Below, in pieces: positions 50,841 through 61,068 of a stretch of 64,000 nt of DNA. The notes under the pieces were generated by a model that saw nothing but the letters and a program-made list of their open reading frames with translations, was not told where the DNA came from and searched no databases. Position 1 is the first letter of the stretch; the number at the start of each line of letters is the position of its first letter. The stretch is from Bacillota bacterium (GTDB taxonomy: Bacteria; Bacillota; Clostridia; Christensenellales; UBA1242): NCBI GenBank assembly GCA_009784375.1, contig WRBV01000001.1:97445-161444 (forward strand). Direction: 5' to 3'. The translations under genes and the position numbers were made by a program.

Positions 50841-53800
50841 ATAACTTTGAAAGCCTTAAGATTGGAATTGCGTCACCAAACCGCATTCGCGAATGGTCGC
50901 ACGGCGAAGTCACAAAGCCCGAGACGATTAACTATCGTACGCAAAAGCCCGAAAAAGACGGACTTTTCTGTGAACGTATTTTTGGTCCAAAAAAGGACTG
51001 GCAATGTTCATGTGGAAAGTACAAATTAATCCGTTACAAGGGTGTAACTTGTGACAAGTGTGGGGTTGAAGTTACCCGTTCAATCGTCCGTCGTGAGCGT
51101 ATGGGGCACATTGAACTTGCCGCACCTGTAACACACATTTGGTATTTCAAAGGTGTTCCGTCAAGAATCGGGGCATTGTTGAACATGACAATCAAAAATT
51201 TGGAACAAGCAATTTACTTTGTTTCCTATGTTGTTGTCGAGGTTTACCAATCCGACAAGGCACGTTTGAAAAAAGGCGACGTGTTAACCGAAACAGAATT
51301 CCGTGTAATGGAGAGTGTTTTCGGTGAAAAATCATTTAAATATGACCGTAAAGAAGAAATAAAAGAAGATGCAGCAGGAAAAAAAGTACGTGTTGCAACA
51401 TACACCGTAATCGATGGCTCGAAAGCAGTATTAACAAAAGCACAATTATTATCTGACCACGAATTGCACGTTATCCAAGACCGTTTTGGCAAGAACACAT
51501 TCAAAGCGGGCATGGGTGCCGAAGCGGTTAAAGAAATGCTTGCTGGAATCCAGATTGACGAAGAAATCGTAGAATGCCAAAAAATCGTAAAAGATGGAAA
51601 AGGCACAAAGCGTGAAAAGGCTGTTAAAAAACTTGAACTTCTTCTTGCGTTTAAACAAAGCGGTAACAAGCCCGAGTGGATGATCATGGACACAATCCCA
51701 GTCATCCCACCCGAACTTCGTCCTATGGTTCAAATTGACGGTGGTCGTTTTGCAACAACAGACGTTAATGACCTTTACCGTCGTGTAATCAACAGAAACA
51801 ACCGTTTGAAAAAATTGGTCGCACTTGAAGCTCCAGACGTTATCGTACGTAACGAAAAACGTATGTTACAAGAAGCGGTCGATGCACTTATTGACAATGG
51901 TCGTCGTGGAAAAGCGGTTCAAGGTTCAAAGAACCGAGAACTTAAATCACTTGCGGCTGGTCTTCGTGGTAAACAGGGTCGTTTCCGTAATAACTTGCTT
52001 GGTAAGCGTGTTGACTATTCTGGGCGTACTGTTATCGTTGTTGGACCTGAATTGAAACATTACCAAGTTGGTATTCCAAAAGAAATGGCACTTGAATTAT
52101 TCAAGCCATTTGTTATGAAAAAGTTGGTTGAATTAAACCTTGCAACACACTCTCGTTCTGCAAAGCGTTTGATTGAACGTGAAAAACCACAAGTTTGGGA
52201 CGTATTAGAAGACGTTATCAAAGACCATCCTGTGTTATTAAACCGTCAACCGACACTTCACCGTCTTTCAATCCAGGCATTTGAACCTGTACTTGTTGAT
52301 GGTCGTGCAATTCGTCTTCACCCGTTAACATGTCCTGCGTTTAACGCGGACTTTGACGGTGACCAAATGACAGTCCACGTTCCGCTGAGTGAACAGGCAA
52401 AAGCCGAGGCACGTATATTGATGCTTTCGTCAAACAACATCTTGAAACCATCGGACGGAAAGTCTATCGTAACACCGACCCAGGACATCGTTCTTGGATG
52501 TTATTACCTTACATTGCTAAAAGAGGGTGCAAAGGGTGAAGGCAAAGTCTTCCGTTGCGAATCAGAGGCAGAACGTGCATATGCCGAAGGATTACTTGAC
52601 CTTAAAGCAAGAATCAAAGTTCGTCGTACAGTCGGCGAGATGATTCAAAATTATGAAGATAACGGGTTGCAATATGCACTTGTCGAAACAACACTTGGAA
52701 GAATTTTGTTCAACCGTTGTTTCCCACAAGACATTGACCTTGTCGACAGAAGTAAACCAGAAAACCGCTTCGCATACGAAATCAACAAAGACGTTGTACG
52801 AAGTGACCTTAACGACATTATTGTTAAAACTTTCCACAAACATGGTGCTACCGTTACAAGTGAATCTATTGACAAGATAAAAGACGCTGGATTTAAATAT
52901 TCGACACTCGGGAGCTTGTCAATTTCGGTTTTCGATGCAAGAATTTGCCCAACAAGAAAAGAAATCATCGAAAAAACCGAAGCCGAAGTTAAAAAAGTTG
53001 AAAAGCAATATGCTATGGGAGCACTTACAACCGAAGAAAAATTGGACAAAAACATCGCACTTTGGCAAGATGCAACAAACCGCATACAAAAACACCTTAT
53101 CGAGTTCATGGAACGTGAAGACCCATTCAATCCAATCCGTATGATGAGCACATCTGGTGCGCGTGGTTCTAACAAACAAATCATGCAGCTTGGTGGTATG
53201 CGTGGTATTATCGCGAACGTTTCTGGACGTAAAGAGGATGTTCCTACAAAGTCTAACTACCGTCTTGGATTGAAACCGCTTGAATATTTCCTTTCATCTC
53301 GTGGTGGTAGAAAAGGTCTTGCCGACACGGCGCTTAAGACTGCGGATGCGGGTTACCTTACACGTCGACTTGCCGATGTTTCACAGGACGTTATTATTAC
53401 CGAAGAAGATTGCTTTGCGGCATACAACGAAAAGCCAAAAGGTATGCCTATCCGTGAATTTGTTGTTGATGGGTACTTGGAAAAGCTCTCTGCACGTATC
53501 GAAGGTCGTTACACAACAAAAGAAGTAATTAATCCAAAAGACGGAAAAGTTCTTGTCTCTGCGAATACCATGATAGAAGATGTCAAGGCAATCGAAATCG
53601 AGGCACTTGGAATTAAAGAAGTTGAAATCCGTACCGTTCTTACATGTAAATCAAAGCGCGGAATTTGTGCAAAATGTTACGGTCGTGACATGACAGGACA
53701 CGAGACAGTATCAATCGGTGAGGCAGTCGGAATTATCGCAGCACAATCTATCGGTGAACCAGGTACCCAGTTGACTATGAGAACCAAACACCAGGGTGGT

Positions 53801-54739
53801 ATCGCGACAATGGACATCACGACAGGTCTTCCGCGTGTTGAAGAGATCCTCGAGGCACGTTCACCAAAAGGTGTTGCAATCGTATCTGATGTCGGTGGAA
53901 CAGTAACAAAGGTTCGTGAAAAAGTTGGAAAAGTATATATCGTTACACTTAAACGTCTTGATGGGGTAGAAGAAAATTACGAGGTTGCGGACAAAGCGGT
54001 ACTTCGCGTAGAAAAGGGAAGTACAGTAATACTTGGAGAAGCATTCAATAACAAGAGTGCAACAGCAGACCAAGTATTCAGCAAGTCTGAAGGACGTGTA
54101 ACAGGAATAAAACTTGTAGACAAAGCATTCGAAATTACAATTGCACCACATGACCGAGGGGCAGTAACATACAAAATCCCATTCAGCTCGAAGATAATTG
54201 TAAAAGAGGGTGCAAAGGTCGAGCCTGGTAACCCATTGACCGAGGGTGTGTTGAACCCACACGACATTCTACGTACACGTGGTATAAAGTCTGTTCAAGA
54301 CTTCCTTATGTCCGAGGTTATAAAAGTTTATAAGACACAAGATATTGATCTTAATAACAAACACTTGGAAATAATCATAAGACAGATGCTTCGTAAAGTA
54401 AAGGTCGAGGATCCAGGCGAAACATCACTTCAAGCGGGTTCTATCGTTGATGCAACAATATCCGAGGAAGAAAACCTTATTGCAATTGCAAATGGAAGAA
54501 AGCCAGCATCTGTTCGTCGTGTACTTCTTTCAATTACAAAAGCGGCACTTAAGACCGAATCATTCTTGTCTGCGGCATCGTTCCAAGAAACATCTGCGGT
54601 GTTGACCGAGGCTGCTATAAAAGGTAAGACAGATCACTTGATTGGATTGAAAGAAAATGTTATCATTGGTAAGTTAATCCCCGCAGGAACAGGTTTGAAG
54701 CGCTACAGAAATATCGGTTACAAAGTGGTTAATAACTAG
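50828..54739 (+). CDS. rpoC: DNA-directed RNA polymerase subunit beta'
   Basis: [35 protein letters not shown], the zinc motif CSCGKYK...[17 protein letters not shown], and the trigger-loop and C-terminal blocks are present. Confidence 0.98.
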   Translation: MFELNNFESLKIGIASPNRIREWSHGEVTKPETINYRTQKPEKDGLFCERIFGPKKDWQCSCGKYKLIRYKGVTCDKCGVEVTRSIVRRERMGHIELAAPVTHIWYFKGVPSRIGALLNMTIKNLEQAIYFVSYVVVEVYQSDKARLKKGDVLTETEFRVMESVFGEKSFKYDRKEEIKEDAAGKKVRVATYTVIDGSKAVLTKAQLLSDHELHVIQDRFGKNTFKAGMGAEAVKEMLAGIQIDEEIVECQKIVKDGKGTKREKAVKKLELLLAFKQSGNKPEWMIMDTIPVIPPELRPMVQIDGGRFATTDVNDLYRRVINRNNRLKKLVALEAPDVIVRNEKRMLQEAVDALIDNGRRGKAVQGSKNRELKSLAAGLRGKQGRFRNNLLGKRVDYSGRTVIVVGPELKHYQVGIPKEMALELFKPFVMKKLVELNLATHSRSAKRLIEREKPQVWDVLEDVIKDHPVLLNRQPTLHRLSIQAFEPVLVDGRAIRLHPLTCPAFNADFDGDQMTVHVPLSEQAKAEARILMLSSNNILKPSDGKSIVTPTQDIVLGCYYLTLLKEGAKGEGKVFRCESEAERAYAEGLLDLKARIKVRRTVGEMIQNYEDNGLQYALVETTLGRILFNRCFPQDIDLVDRSKPENRFAYEINKDVVRSDLNDIIVKTFHKHGATVTSESIDKIKDAGFKYSTLGSLSISVFDARICPTRKEIIEKTEAEVKKVEKQYAMGALTTEEKLDKNIALWQDATNRIQKHLIEFMEREDPFNPIRMMSTSGARGSNKQIMQLGGMRGIIANVSGRKEDVPTKSNYRLGLKPLEYFLSSRGGRKGLADTALKTADAGYLTRRLADVSQDVIITEEDCFAAYNEKPKGMPIREFVVDGYLEKLSARIEGRYTTKEVINPKDGKVLVSANTMIEDVKAIEIEALGIKEVEIRTVLTCKSKRGICAKCYGRDMTGHETVSIGEAVGIIAAQSIGEPGTQLTMRTKHQGGIATMDITTGLPRVEEILEARSPKGVAIVSDVGGTVTKVREKVGKVYIVTLKRLDGVEENYEVADKAVLRVEKGSTVILGEAFNNKSATADQVFSKSEGRVTGIKLVDKAFEITIAPHDRGAVTYKIPFSSKIIVKEGAKVEPGNPLTEGVLNPHDILRTRGIKSVQDFLMSEVIKVYKTQDIDLNNKHLEIIIRQMLRKVKVEDPGETSLQAGSIVDATISEEENLIAIANGRKPASVRRVLLSITKAALKTESFLSAASFQETSAVLTEAAIKGKTDHLIGLKENVIIGKLIPAGTGLKRYRNIGYKVVNN

Positions 54740-54795
54740 GGGGATAGCAAAACCAAGTAAATTACCGAGCACAGAGTTTGGTAAATACTATGGAA

Positions 54796-54831
54796 AATTA
54801 CGTACTGGGTGTGGGATCATCCCACAGGAGG
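54796..54831 (+). promoter_or_regulatory. 5'-UTR element: AATTACGTACTGGGTG box, 6-bp hairpin (GUGGGA-UCA-UCCCAC), then SD. Copy 2, before the secG-like gene
   Basis: 16-mer at 54796-54811, hairpin at 54811-54825, AGGAGG at 54826-54831, ATG at 54838. Confidence 0.55.
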
Positions 54832-54837
54832 AAGGTT

Positions 54838-55143
54838 ATGTTCACAAATATGTTAAATGTCCCACTATGGATTTCGGAATCATTTCCGATTATCCAGGCT
54901 GTGCTTGTGATAATTATTGCACTTGCATGTATTGTTATGGTGGTATGTGTTCTTGCAAGTCCAGCACAAGTGGGTCGCGGAAGCAACGCAATTACGGGTG
55001 CAAGTGAATCATATTACACAAAACACAAAGGTCGTAATAACCAAGGGCGTATTCGTAACATGATTATTATCTGTGCAAGTATTATCGCAGTTTGTTCAAT
55101 TTTGTATTTCGTAACATGGCAAATCTTCAATAACGCAGGTTAA
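54838..55143 (+). CDS. secG: Preprotein translocase subunit SecG-like
   Basis: TM1, then VLASPAQVGRGSNAITGASESYYTKHKGRNNQGRIRNM, then TM2. This parallels B. subtilis SecG ([31 protein letters not shown]...). Start taken at ATG 54838, after the SD. Confidence 0.6.
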   Translation: MFTNMLNVPLWISESFPIIQAVLVIIIALACIVMVVCVLASPAQVGRGSNAITGASESYYTKHKGRNNQGRIRNMIIICASIIAVCSILYFVTWQIFNNAG

Positions 55144-55152
55144 AAATTAATT

Positions 55153-55180
55153 AAAAGAGGCAACCAAGCCTCTTTTTTTA
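55153..55180. terminator. Bidirectional rho-independent terminator
   Basis: AAAAGAGGC-aaccaa-GCCTCTTTTTTT. Confidence 0.8.
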
Positions 55181-55405
55181 TTAGTATTTATCTTTAACAA
55201 TACGAGCAATTTTTGCAATGAATAAAACAAATGCGGTAAATACAAATCCAAAAAATCCGATATACAACATTGGCATGTTTGGAATGGAAAGACCTATTGC
55301 GGTTACAATAATAAATGCAATGGCAAGAATTAACATTCCGATAAATGTCCAAAAAGACATGCCCTTTGGTTCACGTACATTATATTTTTTTGGTAATTGT
55401 TCCAT
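55181..55405 (-). CDS. Small two-TM membrane protein (74 aa)
   Basis: MEQLPKKYNVREPKGMSFWTFIGMLILAIAFIIVTAIGL...; TGcTATAAT sits 6 nt upstream of ATG 55405. Confidence 0.5.
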   Translation of the reverse strand: MEQLPKKYNVREPKGMSFWTFIGMLILAIAFIIVTAIGLSIPNMPMLYIGFFGFVFTAFVLFIAKIARIVKDKY

Positions 55406-55420
55406 ATATACATTATAGCA
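55406..55420 (-). promoter_or_regulatory. Extended -10 TGcTATAAT placed 6 nt before ATG 55405 (leaderless layout)
   Basis: The minus strand reads TGCTATAAT, gtatat, then ATG. Confidence 0.5.
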
Positions 55421-55500
55421 CATAAATGTGCTGGGCATTAAAGTAAAATTATCACAACCGTTCGCGTTGCGAACCCTGCCATAACATAACCTAACAAGTG

Positions 55501-55530
55501 TTGACAAAATTCTTATCTATGTAGTATTAT
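55501..55530 (+). promoter_or_regulatory. Promoter TTGACA-18-TATTAT driving the leader of the ATP-grasp operon
   Basis: -35 at 55501-55506, -10 at 55525-55530. Confidence 0.55.
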
Positions 55531-55535
55531 AATGT

Positions 55536-55634
55536 ATGGACGCAAGCCATATCACAAAAATTCAAGTTGTTAATGTTAATAATAATGCAATCGGGTTACC
55601 GAGGGCGGATTTTTGTGTGAAAATAAATACTTAG
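55536..55634 (+). CDS. Possible leaderless 32-codon leader ORF (MDASHITKIQVVNVNNNAIGLPRADFCVKINT)
   Basis: The ATG lies 5 nt after the TATTAT -10, matching the leaderless layout. The ORF reads through the antiterminator 5' arm. Speculative. Confidence 0.25.
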   Translation: MDASHITKIQVVNVNNNAIGLPRADFCVKINT

Positions 55635-55707
55635 GCAAAATATACAAAAATAACAGCTTACAGCTCGGTACACCCAAAGAAGACATAGGGGATACCGAGC
55701 TTTTTTT
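55593..55707 (+). promoter_or_regulatory. Terminator/antiterminator switch in the 5' leader
   Basis: Terminator: AGCTCGGTA (55662-55670) pairs with TACCGAGCT (55693-55701), followed by TTTTTT. Upstream, GGGTTACCGAG (55593-55603) can instead pair with CTCGGTAcACCC (55664-55675). Confidence 0.55.
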
Positions 55708-55757
55708 GTGACATATGCTTGCGGCAAAATTTATAAAAAAAGGAATTAATAAAAATA

Positions 55758-57068
55758 ATGAAAAAATTACAAACTCTCCAATTTGGAGACATAACGTACG
55801 AGGATGTCATGAAAAGACCAAAGTTCTTTTTCGGACCGTCCGCAACAATGACTATTGCCGCGACGCCAGATGGAATGACATATGACCCTTTTTTCAAGGG
55901 AAGTTACACTTATGTTGGTGACAACATGCGTGGAAACCATTCTCTTAACGTGAAACACAAGCACCAATTTGGCATTAACCCAATGGGTGCAAAAGTAGGG
56001 AAAGAAGTATACATGTATACGGAAGAACATTCGGGTGTTATCAAAGAACATTTTAACGAAGGGGCAAAAAAGGTGGTAGAGCAAGGAGGATTGATTTTGC
56101 CGTGGTCTCGTGAATTTACCGAGGTCATTCTTGAGCCTGAATTTCATCAGCATATTATTTGTGCGCAAAAGCCTGAGCTTATTGAAAAATATGGAAACAA
56201 ACAAAGTTTAAAAGAAATTCTAAAAGAACAAGGCATTGCACAAGCCGATTTCGAAATTATGAAAGGCGCAGAAATTATATACATGATCGAGCAAGGACAC
56301 ATTCCTCATGAACGCGAAGTGGTGGTACAAAGTCCATATGGTATAAACGGAAAAGGGACAATGATATTATCCAAAAAAGAACAAGGAGACCCTTGGAAAC
56401 AAAGCGTAAAAGATATTAACCCCGAACAAGACTATGTTGTAAGCGAATATGTAAAGACAATAAGTTCGCCATCCGTGCACATGCAGATTTCTTCAAACGA
56501 AATTGGAATGTATCCTGTAGGCGACCAACTTGTCGTAAGTGGGCAAACCCAAGGGACAAGTTTTGATACTTTTGCCGCACGTCCACAAAGCACACAACAG
56601 GCTACCCGAGATGTTGCAATGCAAGTAGCAGAATTGGCACAAAAAGATGGGTACCGAGGATTTATAAACGTTGATACAATGATTACGGACGACGAAAGAT
56701 ATCCAGAGGCACTTGTAACAGAAACCAACACAGGAAGATATTCGGGTACCGCTGGTCTTGCAAACGTTGCGGCACGAAGAACAGAGAGAATGACGGGACA
56801 AGAAATTGGGTCAGTATTTGATCATAGTGTTGAAGCCTTGTACAAGAAAGAAACAGATTTCTCAAAACGCATTGCCATGATTCCCGCAATCGGGAGCAAA
56901 CGCGACGGTCCAGCAGAACGTAGTCCAAGCGGTGAAATTATAATTCCGCAAGAATATCAAGGCATAAACCATGATGGGTTGGAACAGACAAGAACAGAAG
57001 ACGAATGGGGTTTAAAATTTTCATATATTACGTACCAAATGCCACCAGAACAGGAAAGAACAAAATAA
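55758..57068 (+). CDS. ATP-grasp-fold ligase-like protein with an N-terminal pre-ATP-grasp region
   Basis: Ordered motifs VVVQSPYGINGKGTMILSKKEQ, YVVSEYVKT and GFINVDTMIT....ALVTETNTGRYSG (the E-x-N Mg site). Confidence 0.55.
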   Translation: MKKLQTLQFGDITYEDVMKRPKFFFGPSATMTIAATPDGMTYDPFFKGSYTYVGDNMRGNHSLNVKHKHQFGINPMGAKVGKEVYMYTEEHSGVIKEHFNEGAKKVVEQGGLILPWSREFTEVILEPEFHQHIICAQKPELIEKYGNKQSLKEILKEQGIAQADFEIMKGAEIIYMIEQGHIPHEREVVVQSPYGINGKGTMILSKKEQGDPWKQSVKDINPEQDYVVSEYVKTISSPSVHMQISSNEIGMYPVGDQLVVSGQTQGTSFDTFAARPQSTQQATRDVAMQVAELAQKDGYRGFINVDTMITDDERYPEALVTETNTGRYSGTAGLANVAARRTERMTGQEIGSVFDHSVEALYKKETDFSKRIAMIPAIGSKRDGPAERSPSGEIIIPQEYQGINHDGLEQTRTEDEWGLKFSYITYQMPPEQERTK

Positions 57069-57085
57069 AATAAAAGGAAAAATAA

Positions 57086-58159
57086 ATGAAAACAACAGAA
57101 ATTTTAAAAGAATTAATAACAATTAAATTTTGGGATGGATTATCCAATCGCGAATTATTGGATTATTTCCACAAAGCATTCAAAGGTTGTGATATCCACG
57201 AGATTACAGAAACACGTACTGGGAATCCATATATGGTTATTGGTATAAACTGCAAATTGAAAAATCAAAAAGATGCAATTATTTTGCATGGGCATATGGA
57301 TACAATTGTTCCGCCAAAAGAATGGGATATATCTCCGCGAGTTATTGATGGAAAATTGCATGGACTTGGATCTGTTGATATGCGGGGGTTCTTTGCTGGG
57401 ATAATTTCAGCATTGCCAGAATTAAAAAAGATGAAAACACCTATTATTTTAACAATTTCAAGTGACGAGGAAACTGCAATTTATGGCACCGACAAAATTA
57501 TTGAATTTTTAAAAAGCCGTAGAATTACACCTCAGCTTGTAATAATTGGTGAGCCGCGAATGGCACCAGAGTATGTTGCACCTTATCATAACGGATGTTC
57601 GGTTCAAAAATTTGTGGTTAAGGGAAAAGGCGCACAAATGTCTGTGCCACAACTTGGCACCAATGCAATTGTTTATGCAAGCAAGATTGTGGAATTTTTG
57701 AACGCCTTGAAAATAACAACCACAGTAGTAGAGATAGGCGGGGGCGGTTCAATTGCAACTGTTCCAGACACCTGTGAATTCAAAGTATTGTTCAGCTTTC
57801 CTACCCAGACAGAATTCAACAAAGAAATTACAAAGGTTAAAAAGTATATAAAATCGCTCGAGACTGGGACGCAAAACTTGCAGATTTCAACCGAGATTAT
57901 GGCACACTTACCTCCTTTGGAAGAAAATCAAAGTCCTAAATTAATGGGTGTTCTTGAAAAGATGGGTGTGAAACTCTTTGATCGCGAAGTTGCAAGTAAA
58001 ACGGTAACAGAAGGCGGAATATACAGCAACTTTTGCCCCGACACAATTATATTTGGACCAGGTGACTTGAAACTTTGCCATGTCCAGGACGAGCACACTC
58101 CGATTGAAAAGCTCGAAGCTTATCCTATAAAACTTGTTGAACTGTTGAAAGAATTTTGA
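57086..58159 (+). CDS. M20-family metallohydrolase (ArgE/DapE/LysK-like deacylase)
   Basis: LHGHMDTIVP, GLGSVDMRG, SSDEETAIYG and IIGEP are present. Confidence 0.8.
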   Translation: MKTTEILKELITIKFWDGLSNRELLDYFHKAFKGCDIHEITETRTGNPYMVIGINCKLKNQKDAIILHGHMDTIVPPKEWDISPRVIDGKLHGLGSVDMRGFFAGIISALPELKKMKTPIILTISSDEETAIYGTDKIIEFLKSRRITPQLVIIGEPRMAPEYVAPYHNGCSVQKFVVKGKGAQMSVPQLGTNAIVYASKIVEFLNALKITTTVVEIGGGGSIATVPDTCEFKVLFSFPTQTEFNKEITKVKKYIKSLETGTQNLQISTEIMAHLPPLEENQSPKLMGVLEKMGVKLFDREVASKTVTEGGIYSNFCPDTIIFGPGDLKLCHVQDEHTPIEKLEAYPIKLVELLKEF

Positions 58160-58203
58160 TTTTATAAATTTTGTGGTAATATAAACCAAATTAGGAGAGA
58201 GAA

Positions 58204-59955
58204 GTGAGCGAAAACGATATCACCACGCAAAATCAAGAAGAAATAAAAAAGCATAAATTCAAAGTCAATATAACCAAGAAAGAGATATTTTTGGTACTTG
58301 TATTCAGCTTTGCATTTATTTTCAGTTTTTTTATATTTAACCAAGTAGACATTATTTTTTCAAATCAACAAAGCTTTGGGTTTACAATAGGTGACGTTGT
58401 TTGGGGATTTATTATATCTGCATTCATTGGATTTTTAACATTATCTTCGCTTCTTTTTATAATGGTACAAACATCAAAAAAAGTGTTTAAAATAACAATC
58501 GCACTTTTGTTCGGGTTTATGCTTGCAAGTTATTTTCAAGTTCTCTTCTTGAACGGAAATTATATTACCGACATGCATCCAAATGCCGCAGATCATAGTC
58601 CATGGGGTGTTGGAATGCAGATTTTTGTAACATTTGTTTGGTTTTTAATTTTATTCTTGCCACTTGGTATTGCTTATGCACATAAAATTCCAAAGATAAA
58701 GAGAGCGTTCAAAAAAGATATACTTTTCAAGTCAATATTATTCGCATCGGCAGTTATATTTGTAATGCAAGGAATAGGTCTTGGTGTTGCCTCGACTGGT
58801 GTACAAGAAAAAAATTCAAACCAAATTTTCTATTTTTCTGTTACGCAACAACTTAACTTGTCCGAAGGAGAAAATATTGTTGTATTTTTAATTGACCGTT
58901 GGCCGATTTGGCAAACGGACGAAGTTTTTCGTCAACATCCACATGCAAAGGAATTTTTCCCTGGGTTCACTTATTTCAGAAATAATTTATCAGAATATCC
59001 CCAGACATTTCCAAGTGTTACCGCGATGTTGACGGGTATAAACTTTAACCAAACAAATACAAGAAGAGATTTTTCACAATACGCATGGGAACAGGCGACT
59101 TTATTTGATGAACTCTACGAACAGGGTTTTACGAGGAATGCAATCCTTGATTCCGTCTCAACTTTTTTTGATATAGAAGAAGTTGTAGATTATTTCGATA
59201 ACATTGTATTCCCAGATGAGGATGTAAGGGAAGTCCACGCTGTACGTGCTGTGGTCGAAATGGCGAATTTTACTCTTCAACGTATTGTGCCGTATCCAAT
59301 GAAAAATTTGATAAATATTGGATTCCCACACAGGTTCAGAAATATTGTAAGTATTAATTCTCCAGATTATTTTCCAAACCAAATTTGGAGAGATGCCGAT
59401 CCAATTCTTAAAGATAGAATAGAAATTCTTGGACTATCGGCAAATCCAGGAAATACATTCAGCTTTATTCATATGAACGGTCCACATTCTATACCAAACG
59501 TTACCGCAGCAATTTACAGTATTTTTAAGATGCTGGATGGTTATTTCCAAGAGATGAAACGTCTTGGTATATATGACAACTCTACAATAATATTGATGTC
59601 AGACCACGGTACATCGATTAATAACAGATACGAAGACAGCACAAAAGCCCGATTTCTTACATCTCTCTTTATAAAAGAAAGCGGAGCACCGAATACACCG
59701 TTACAGGTTGACAGCGTAACCCCATTATCTAACAGTAATTTCTTGGCTTCGATTTTTGAACTCATAGGTGCCAAACCACAAGGCACCAAACACCAAGACT
59801 ATGGTTATTCGTTTTTTGACATAATCCGAAACAACAGCATACGACCAAACCGATACATCGGAATAACAAGTTGGAATGTCGGAAACCGATGTGTGTTTTA
59901 TGAAAGACGTTTGGTAGCCGACAACTTTGTACCATTATCGCCCTGGACTTTTTAG
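58204..59955 (+). CDS. Membrane-anchored alkaline-phosphatase-superfamily transferase (sulfatase/LtaS-like)
   Basis: GTG start after AGGAGAGAG. Five N-terminal TM segments, then VVFLIDRW, FPSVTAMLTG, HMNGPH and LMSDHG. Confidence 0.7.
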   Translation: MSENDITTQNQEEIKKHKFKVNITKKEIFLVLVFSFAFIFSFFIFNQVDIIFSNQQSFGFTIGDVVWGFIISAFIGFLTLSSLLFIMVQTSKKVFKITIALLFGFMLASYFQVLFLNGNYITDMHPNAADHSPWGVGMQIFVTFVWFLILFLPLGIAYAHKIPKIKRAFKKDILFKSILFASAVIFVMQGIGLGVASTGVQEKNSNQIFYFSVTQQLNLSEGENIVVFLIDRWPIWQTDEVFRQHPHAKEFFPGFTYFRNNLSEYPQTFPSVTAMLTGINFNQTNTRRDFSQYAWEQATLFDELYEQGFTRNAILDSVSTFFDIEEVVDYFDNIVFPDEDVREVHAVRAVVEMANFTLQRIVPYPMKNLINIGFPHRFRNIVSINSPDYFPNQIWRDADPILKDRIEILGLSANPGNTFSFIHMNGPHSIPNVTAAIYSIFKMLDGYFQEMKRLGIYDNSTIILMSDHGTSINNRYEDSTKARFLTSLFIKESGAPNTPLQVDSVTPLSNSNFLASIFELIGAKPQGTKHQDYGYSFFDIIRNNSIRPNRYIGITSWNVGNRCVFYERRLVADNFVPLSPWTF

Positions 59956-60001
59956 TTATTAAGCCTTGCACAGGTTTGATTGTTTGTTCATATGTAACTA
60001 C

Positions 60002-61000
60002 ATGGCAACAATTGTAATAGACCCTGGGCATGGCGGTACAGATCCAGGAGCGGTGCGTGGAACAAGGCACGAAGCAAATGATAATTTAAACATGGCTCTG
60101 GCAGTTGGGCGGATTTTGGAAAGTCGTGGACATAGGGTCATATACACGCGGAGAACGGATACAAACGTTTCGCTTGCAGAACGTGCGCGTATTTCAAACA
60201 ACGCAAATGCCGATATTTTTGTGTCAATCCATAGAAATGCGGCTGTGAACCCCGAGGCACATGGGCTTGAAAACTATGTAAGACCAGCGGCAACAGCACG
60301 TGAAGTCGAAAACGCAACACGAGTCTTAAACCGTATTGCCGATCTTAACATTTTTCGTAACAGAGGATTACATAGAGGTAACTTTTTTGTGCTTAACGCA
60401 ACAAATGCACCAGCAATGTTACTTGAACTTGGTTTTATTTCCAACGCCGAAGACAATAGGCTATTTGATGCCAATTTTTCAAGAATTGCCGAAGCAACCG
60501 CACAAGGAATTATCGACAGCGTAGCTCCAGTCCGTCCTCCAGTTACTCCGCCGACAACTCCGCCACCAATAGCCCCTCCAGTAACTCCACCAAGACCAAC
60601 TCCTGGTGGTGATGCGACTGTGCGTCAAATCCAAACTACGTTAAATAATGTATATGGACAGAATCTTGTAGTTGACGGTATTGCAGGTCCTCTTACACGA
60701 CGGGCATTAACAAGAGCATTGCAAATGCAACTGAACAGCCAATTTGGTTCAAGATTGGCGGTTGACGGAATATTCGGTCCATTAACACGTGCCCAAATTC
60801 CACTTGTAAGGCGAGGTGACCGTGGAAATCTTGTATGGATTTTGCAAGCCGCGATGTGGATTAATGGATTCCAAACCAATCCAGATGGTGTCTTCGGACC
60901 ATTGACCGAACAAACGGTACGAAACTTTCAAGCATCACGTGGAATTGGAACAGACGGTATTGCAGGTCCAATTACATTCACAGAATTATTCAGAACATAA
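60002..61000 (+). CDS. N-acetylmuramoyl-L-alanine amidase (Amidase_3) with a Pro-rich linker and three PG_binding_1 repeats
   Basis: IVIDPGHGGTDPGAV, FVSIHRNA and LLELGFISN; a PVTPPTTPPPIAPPVTPPRP linker; and three DGI(A/F)GPLT motifs. Confidence 0.9.
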   Translation: MATIVIDPGHGGTDPGAVRGTRHEANDNLNMALAVGRILESRGHRVIYTRRTDTNVSLAERARISNNANADIFVSIHRNAAVNPEAHGLENYVRPAATAREVENATRVLNRIADLNIFRNRGLHRGNFFVLNATNAPAMLLELGFISNAEDNRLFDANFSRIAEATAQGIIDSVAPVRPPVTPPTTPPPIAPPVTPPRPTPGGDATVRQIQTTLNNVYGQNLVVDGIAGPLTRRALTRALQMQLNSQFGSRLAVDGIFGPLTRAQIPLVRRGDRGNLVWILQAAMWINGFQTNPDGVFGPLTEQTVRNFQASRGIGTDGIAGPITFTELFRT

Positions 61001-61007
61001 GGTATAT

Positions 61008-61036
61008 AAAAAGCGTCATATGACGCTTTCTTTTTT
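61008..61036 (+). terminator. Rho-independent terminator
   Basis: AAGCGTCATATGACGCTT palindrome followed by TCTTTTTT. Confidence 0.8.
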
Positions 61037-61053
61037 GCTAAAAATTAATGTTT

Positions 61054-61068
61054 TGTTATAATTGAGCT
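61054..61068 (+). promoter_or_regulatory. Extended -10 TGtTATAAT placed 6 nt before the pgi ATG (leaderless layout)
   Basis: TATAAT at 61057-61062, ATG at 61069. Confidence 0.55.

Noticed and set aside
55572-55586. Asn-codon run (AAT GTT AAT AAT AAT) as a classical amino-acid-sensing attenuator
   Set aside because: It is kept only as a side note in the leader finding. AAT-rich strings are expected in this composition. In addition, the geometry does not give the usual starvation-induces-readthrough logic, because the codons lie just upstream of the antiterminator arm and a stalled ribosome would mask that arm.
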